From Cenococcum geophilum (taxonomy: Eukaryota): a stretch of DNA of 64,000 bases. Positions 60,398 through 64,000 of the stretch are shown piece by piece. The stretch's first letter is position 1; each line of letters starts with the position of its first letter. The translations under genes were made by a program, and so were the position numbers. Below the pieces are notes generated by a model. That model searched no databases, was not told the origin of the DNA, and saw nothing but the letters and a program-made list of their open reading frames with translations. The stretch is from assembly GCA_050273025.1 (NCBI GenBank), contig CP158636.1:10292001-10356000 (forward strand), read 5' to 3'.

Positions 60398-63300
60398 TGT
60401 AACGGCGCTATCGCACGTTACCTGCCAAATTCTGCCATATTCTGCCGACCCGCGATTAGCTCGCCTGGAGCTAGCGCCTTGGCGGCTCACCCTACATATT
60501 TGTTTACATCGGTCCTAGCGACCCCTTTTTCCCTTCTCCTTAGCTTAGTATCTTCGTAATACAGCATTTTATAAGCTTTGGTTTAGAGGCATTTATACAA
60601 GCCGTAACATTATACTAAGCTTACCCTACCCTGCCTAGGAAGGCCTTAATAATATCCCACCCCAAAAGAAACTTTATCTGTAACAACGCGTTAACGCGCT
60701 ATACTTAGACACTAAAACAACTCTATACTACCTAGGAAGGCCTAGATAATATCCCACCTTATAAACTAGATAGGACTAAACCTATACCCCTAGAATTAAA
60801 ACTAAAGTATATAATACTAATAAACCCTAAGAAGCTAATAATGGTACCTAAAGTAAGCTTATTTAAGAAAGCTGCCTCTACCTAAGAGAAACCTAAGATT
60901 TAATTAGGATCAGAAATTGAAGATAATAATAATATTATAGACGTACGCGAGTAGATTTGCGCCCTTACGGCCAGCTAGAAGGCCGATTGTCTTAAAATAA
61001 GAAATATATAAGAGACCCTATAAAAGATCTTAGAAAGCCTTACGGCCTTATAAAATAGCTTAGCTTTTTTTTTCTAAAGCCCTAGCTAACCTATTTACTC
61101 TACTAAATATAACATATTAGGGAGTATAGATATAATAATAAAGTAATTAAAGTCCGTTAAGCTTCCTAACCCCTAACCCCTATCTAATAGGATAAATCCT
61201 ACCTTTAAAAATTAGAGAATCTAAGTACGAGGAAAACTCCGCGTTAACTATAACTATTTTCCCTCTAAAAAAGCTAAAATGCTTTACCTCTTTAGTTAAA
61301 CTATAGGAGATACCTAATGTTACCTTTAAGCTAAATTTAAGGACGACTTTTCTGTCCGCTTTATATCTGTTAATAAGATACTATAGTATTTAGCTACTAT
61401 ATATATAAACCCAAATAAAGTATAGGACGCGCGTTATAACTATAATAGCTTAATAATAAAGTTAAACTAATTCTTTACTAAGTTTTAGACTTAATTCTTA
61501 TACCTAGTAGGCAAAGGCTAGGTTCCCCTTAAAAACTACTATTTAGACCTATATAACAAGCTAACGGTTTAACTATAAGAGAAGATTATAATAGCCTTAG
61601 ATAACCTATTAACCTACTAAAAACTCGCAGCCTAATATCTATTACTTAACTTAGAACTAAAGTAAATTAACGCCCATTCTAATTAACAAAAAAGGGCTTA
61701 TAGTAGTTAAAACTTATTAACTATACCTATAGGAGCTAGAGTAGGAAGATAAGCTATAATAGCCCTTATACCAAAAGCGGTTACATCTACATACTAGCGA
61801 GCCTTGCCCGACTAACTATGTACCACACTATTAACTAGTACTTGTCGCAATACCCTAATTAACCCTGCCTTAGCTACGTGCTATAACTATAATAAAAAGG
61901 GTTACTTTATCTTATCTTGCCTAGAGCTAAAGGATATAGGTAATATTAAAGAAATAAAGGAAGGAGAAACGTCTAATAAGTTAGGAAAAAAAGAGCCCTA
62001 GGGAAAAACTCCCCCTTAGGGTACCCTATTAATCTTAAAGAGATTAATTTTAGTTAGTTAATGGGTAGAAAGTATTTTACCGTTCTATATATAGTATCTT
62101 AAAATAAATATAAAGTAAATATAACCGCCCTTATTAACACTAGAGCAAATAGCTTTACCTTTATAAATACTGCCTATATAAATAATATTGCCAAATTTCT
62201 AAATATAAAAGCTATCTAATTAGAGAAGCCTATTTAGGTAAAAGGCTATAACGGCTAAGCCGGTCGGCCGATTACCTATATCTTAAATTTATATATTGCT
62301 TTTAACGGATAATGCTAATATAGTATCCCTTTCTGCATCCTAGACCTAGGGTCCTATAGTATAATCCTTAGCCGAAAATGGATGTTCTATTTTAATATTT
62401 AGCTAAATATATAATAAAGATAATTTGTTTAGCCAGAGGATAGACCAAAACTACCCTTATTTATTAGGGAAATCCGAACTAATTATAAGACACTAGCCGT
62501 AAAGGCTAACCCTACCTACTAGTAGGATGCCTAGGCCCGTAACCTAGCCTTTGCCTAAAAAGACGCTTGCCGCAAAGCTAGAAAAAACTCTATACTAACA
62601 AAGATACTCTCTTAAAGCGCTATGTCTAAAGAGGACTCTATATATAGAAGCGGGATAGAGAGTAATATAGATAATATTTAAGTCGCGCAGATTTAACCGG
62701 TATAGAAAAGAATATATTAATAGAATATAAGGGATAACCTTTAAAAGATATAATAGGAGCTAAAAGGAGTAATAATAACGCTAGTACCTTAAAAGCCCCT
62801 AAAGTTATATATACCCCCTATAGTAAACATCGCCGTAATTAGCGCTATAGCGTTTTACTTTAATATATACCGGAAGGATAATAAGGTCTTTATAATAAGC
62901 CTATATAAGATTAACCAAATTATTAATAATAGGGAGGAAAAGCTGGCTAAGGAAACTAATAAGGAACTAGTTAAACGCCTCCTTTTTACTATTTATATAG
63001 ATTATAAGGATATATTCTTAAAAGCGGCCTTAGATAAATTACCCCCTTACTAGATATATAATTATAAGATTTAATTAGAAGCCAATAACTCGCTAGGCTA
63101 TAGCCCCCTCTACTAATAATTAATGGATAAGCTAAAAGCAATAAAGTAGTACTTAATTGATAACTTAGATAAAGGGTTTATTAAGCTAAGTTAAGCCCCT
63201 TTTACTTCCCCTATTTTATTTATAAAAAAGCCTAATAAAGGCCTTAATTTTTATATTAACTATTAAAAGCTAAATGCTATTACTTAAAAGGACCAGTACC

Positions 63301-64000
63301 CTATTTCTTTAATTAACGAGACCCTTATACGTCTAAGCTAGGTAAAGATCTTTACTAAACTTAATATCCGCTAAGCTTTCTACTAAATTAGGATAAACCC
63401 TATATCTAAAGATTTAACAACATTTTATACCTGTTGGTACCAATTTAATGGTATAAGTGAGTCGTGTCTAGGGGCACGAAATACGTATAGTATCGTATGC
63501 TCATTTAGACGGTGGTGACTTGTTCTTCTAATCGTACATGAAGTGGTAGAATTTAAGGGGTTTCCTGAGCTCGCTTAGCTCACGTGACTGCGACCACAAA
63601 TTCCTCTTCGAACTCGTTCAGACAATACCTATTATAGTTCCTATAAATATAAAGTTCTTCCTTTTAGACTAATAAACGGACCGGCTATATACTAAAGGTA
63701 TATAAATAACGTTCTTTTTAATTACCTTAATGAGTTCTATACGGTATACCTAGACAACATTTTTATATACTTAGACGACAAACTTAAATATTAAGTTTAT
63801 ATTAAGAAGGTTCTAGAGAGACTATAAAACACAGGCTTATAAGTTAATATTAAGAAATGCGAGTTTAGGGTAAAACGTATAAAATACCTTAGGTTTATTA
63901 TAACTATAGAAGGAATTAAGGTCGACCCTAAAAAGGTAAAGGTAATCCATAACTAGAAGCCCCCTTATATAGTAAAAGGAATCTAATCCTTTCTTAGTTT
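60398..64000 (+). mobile_element. Ty3/Gypsy element ('Gypsy-C', related to Gypsy-A), truncated by the window edge
   Basis: 5' LTR at 60398-60609 (TGTAACGG...CCGTAACA). Gag with Zn-knuckle remnant about 61880-61925, protease, RT YLDNIF about 63748. Collinear with Gypsy-A. Confidence 0.9.
63432..63624. mobile_element. Solo LTR inserted in Gypsy-C RT
   Basis: TG...CA ends, with perfect TSD ATACC (63427-63431 and 63625-63629). Confidence 0.88.

Overview
Eukaryotic DNA from a filamentous ascomycete: GT-AG introns with CTRAC branch points, and RIP-type C>T/G>A decay of repeats. Bases 1-32156 are an AT-rich nest of dead transposons. A minus-strand Copia hosts a second Copia, a Gypsy (itself hosting a second Gypsy and a tandem Helitron2/Crypton-like dimer) and satellite-filled CATC-ended DNA elements. 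Most boundaries resolve with LTR pairs and target-site duplications. The nest is inserted into the last ankyrin repeat of a SesB-like hydrolase-NACHT-ankyrin NLR gene (32014-36736), whose C-terminus is now LTR-encoded. Bases 37-40 kb hold degenerate ORF1-like, chromo-like/Myb and methyltransferase relics. The gene island (41.7-57.6 kb) contains: an AAA+ ATPase with a possible GTG-initiated histone-H3-tail mimic; an intronless homoserine kinase-AIR synthetase fusion; APT1; a RidA with both a mitochondrial presequence and an SKL tail; and a head-to-head pair of a HeLo-like protein and a catalytically degenerate patatin/Zn-finger protein, followed by a decayed inverted paralog. From about 58.4 kb a second RIP-decayed TE nest begins. 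All calls are by-eye motif recognition; no database searches were run.
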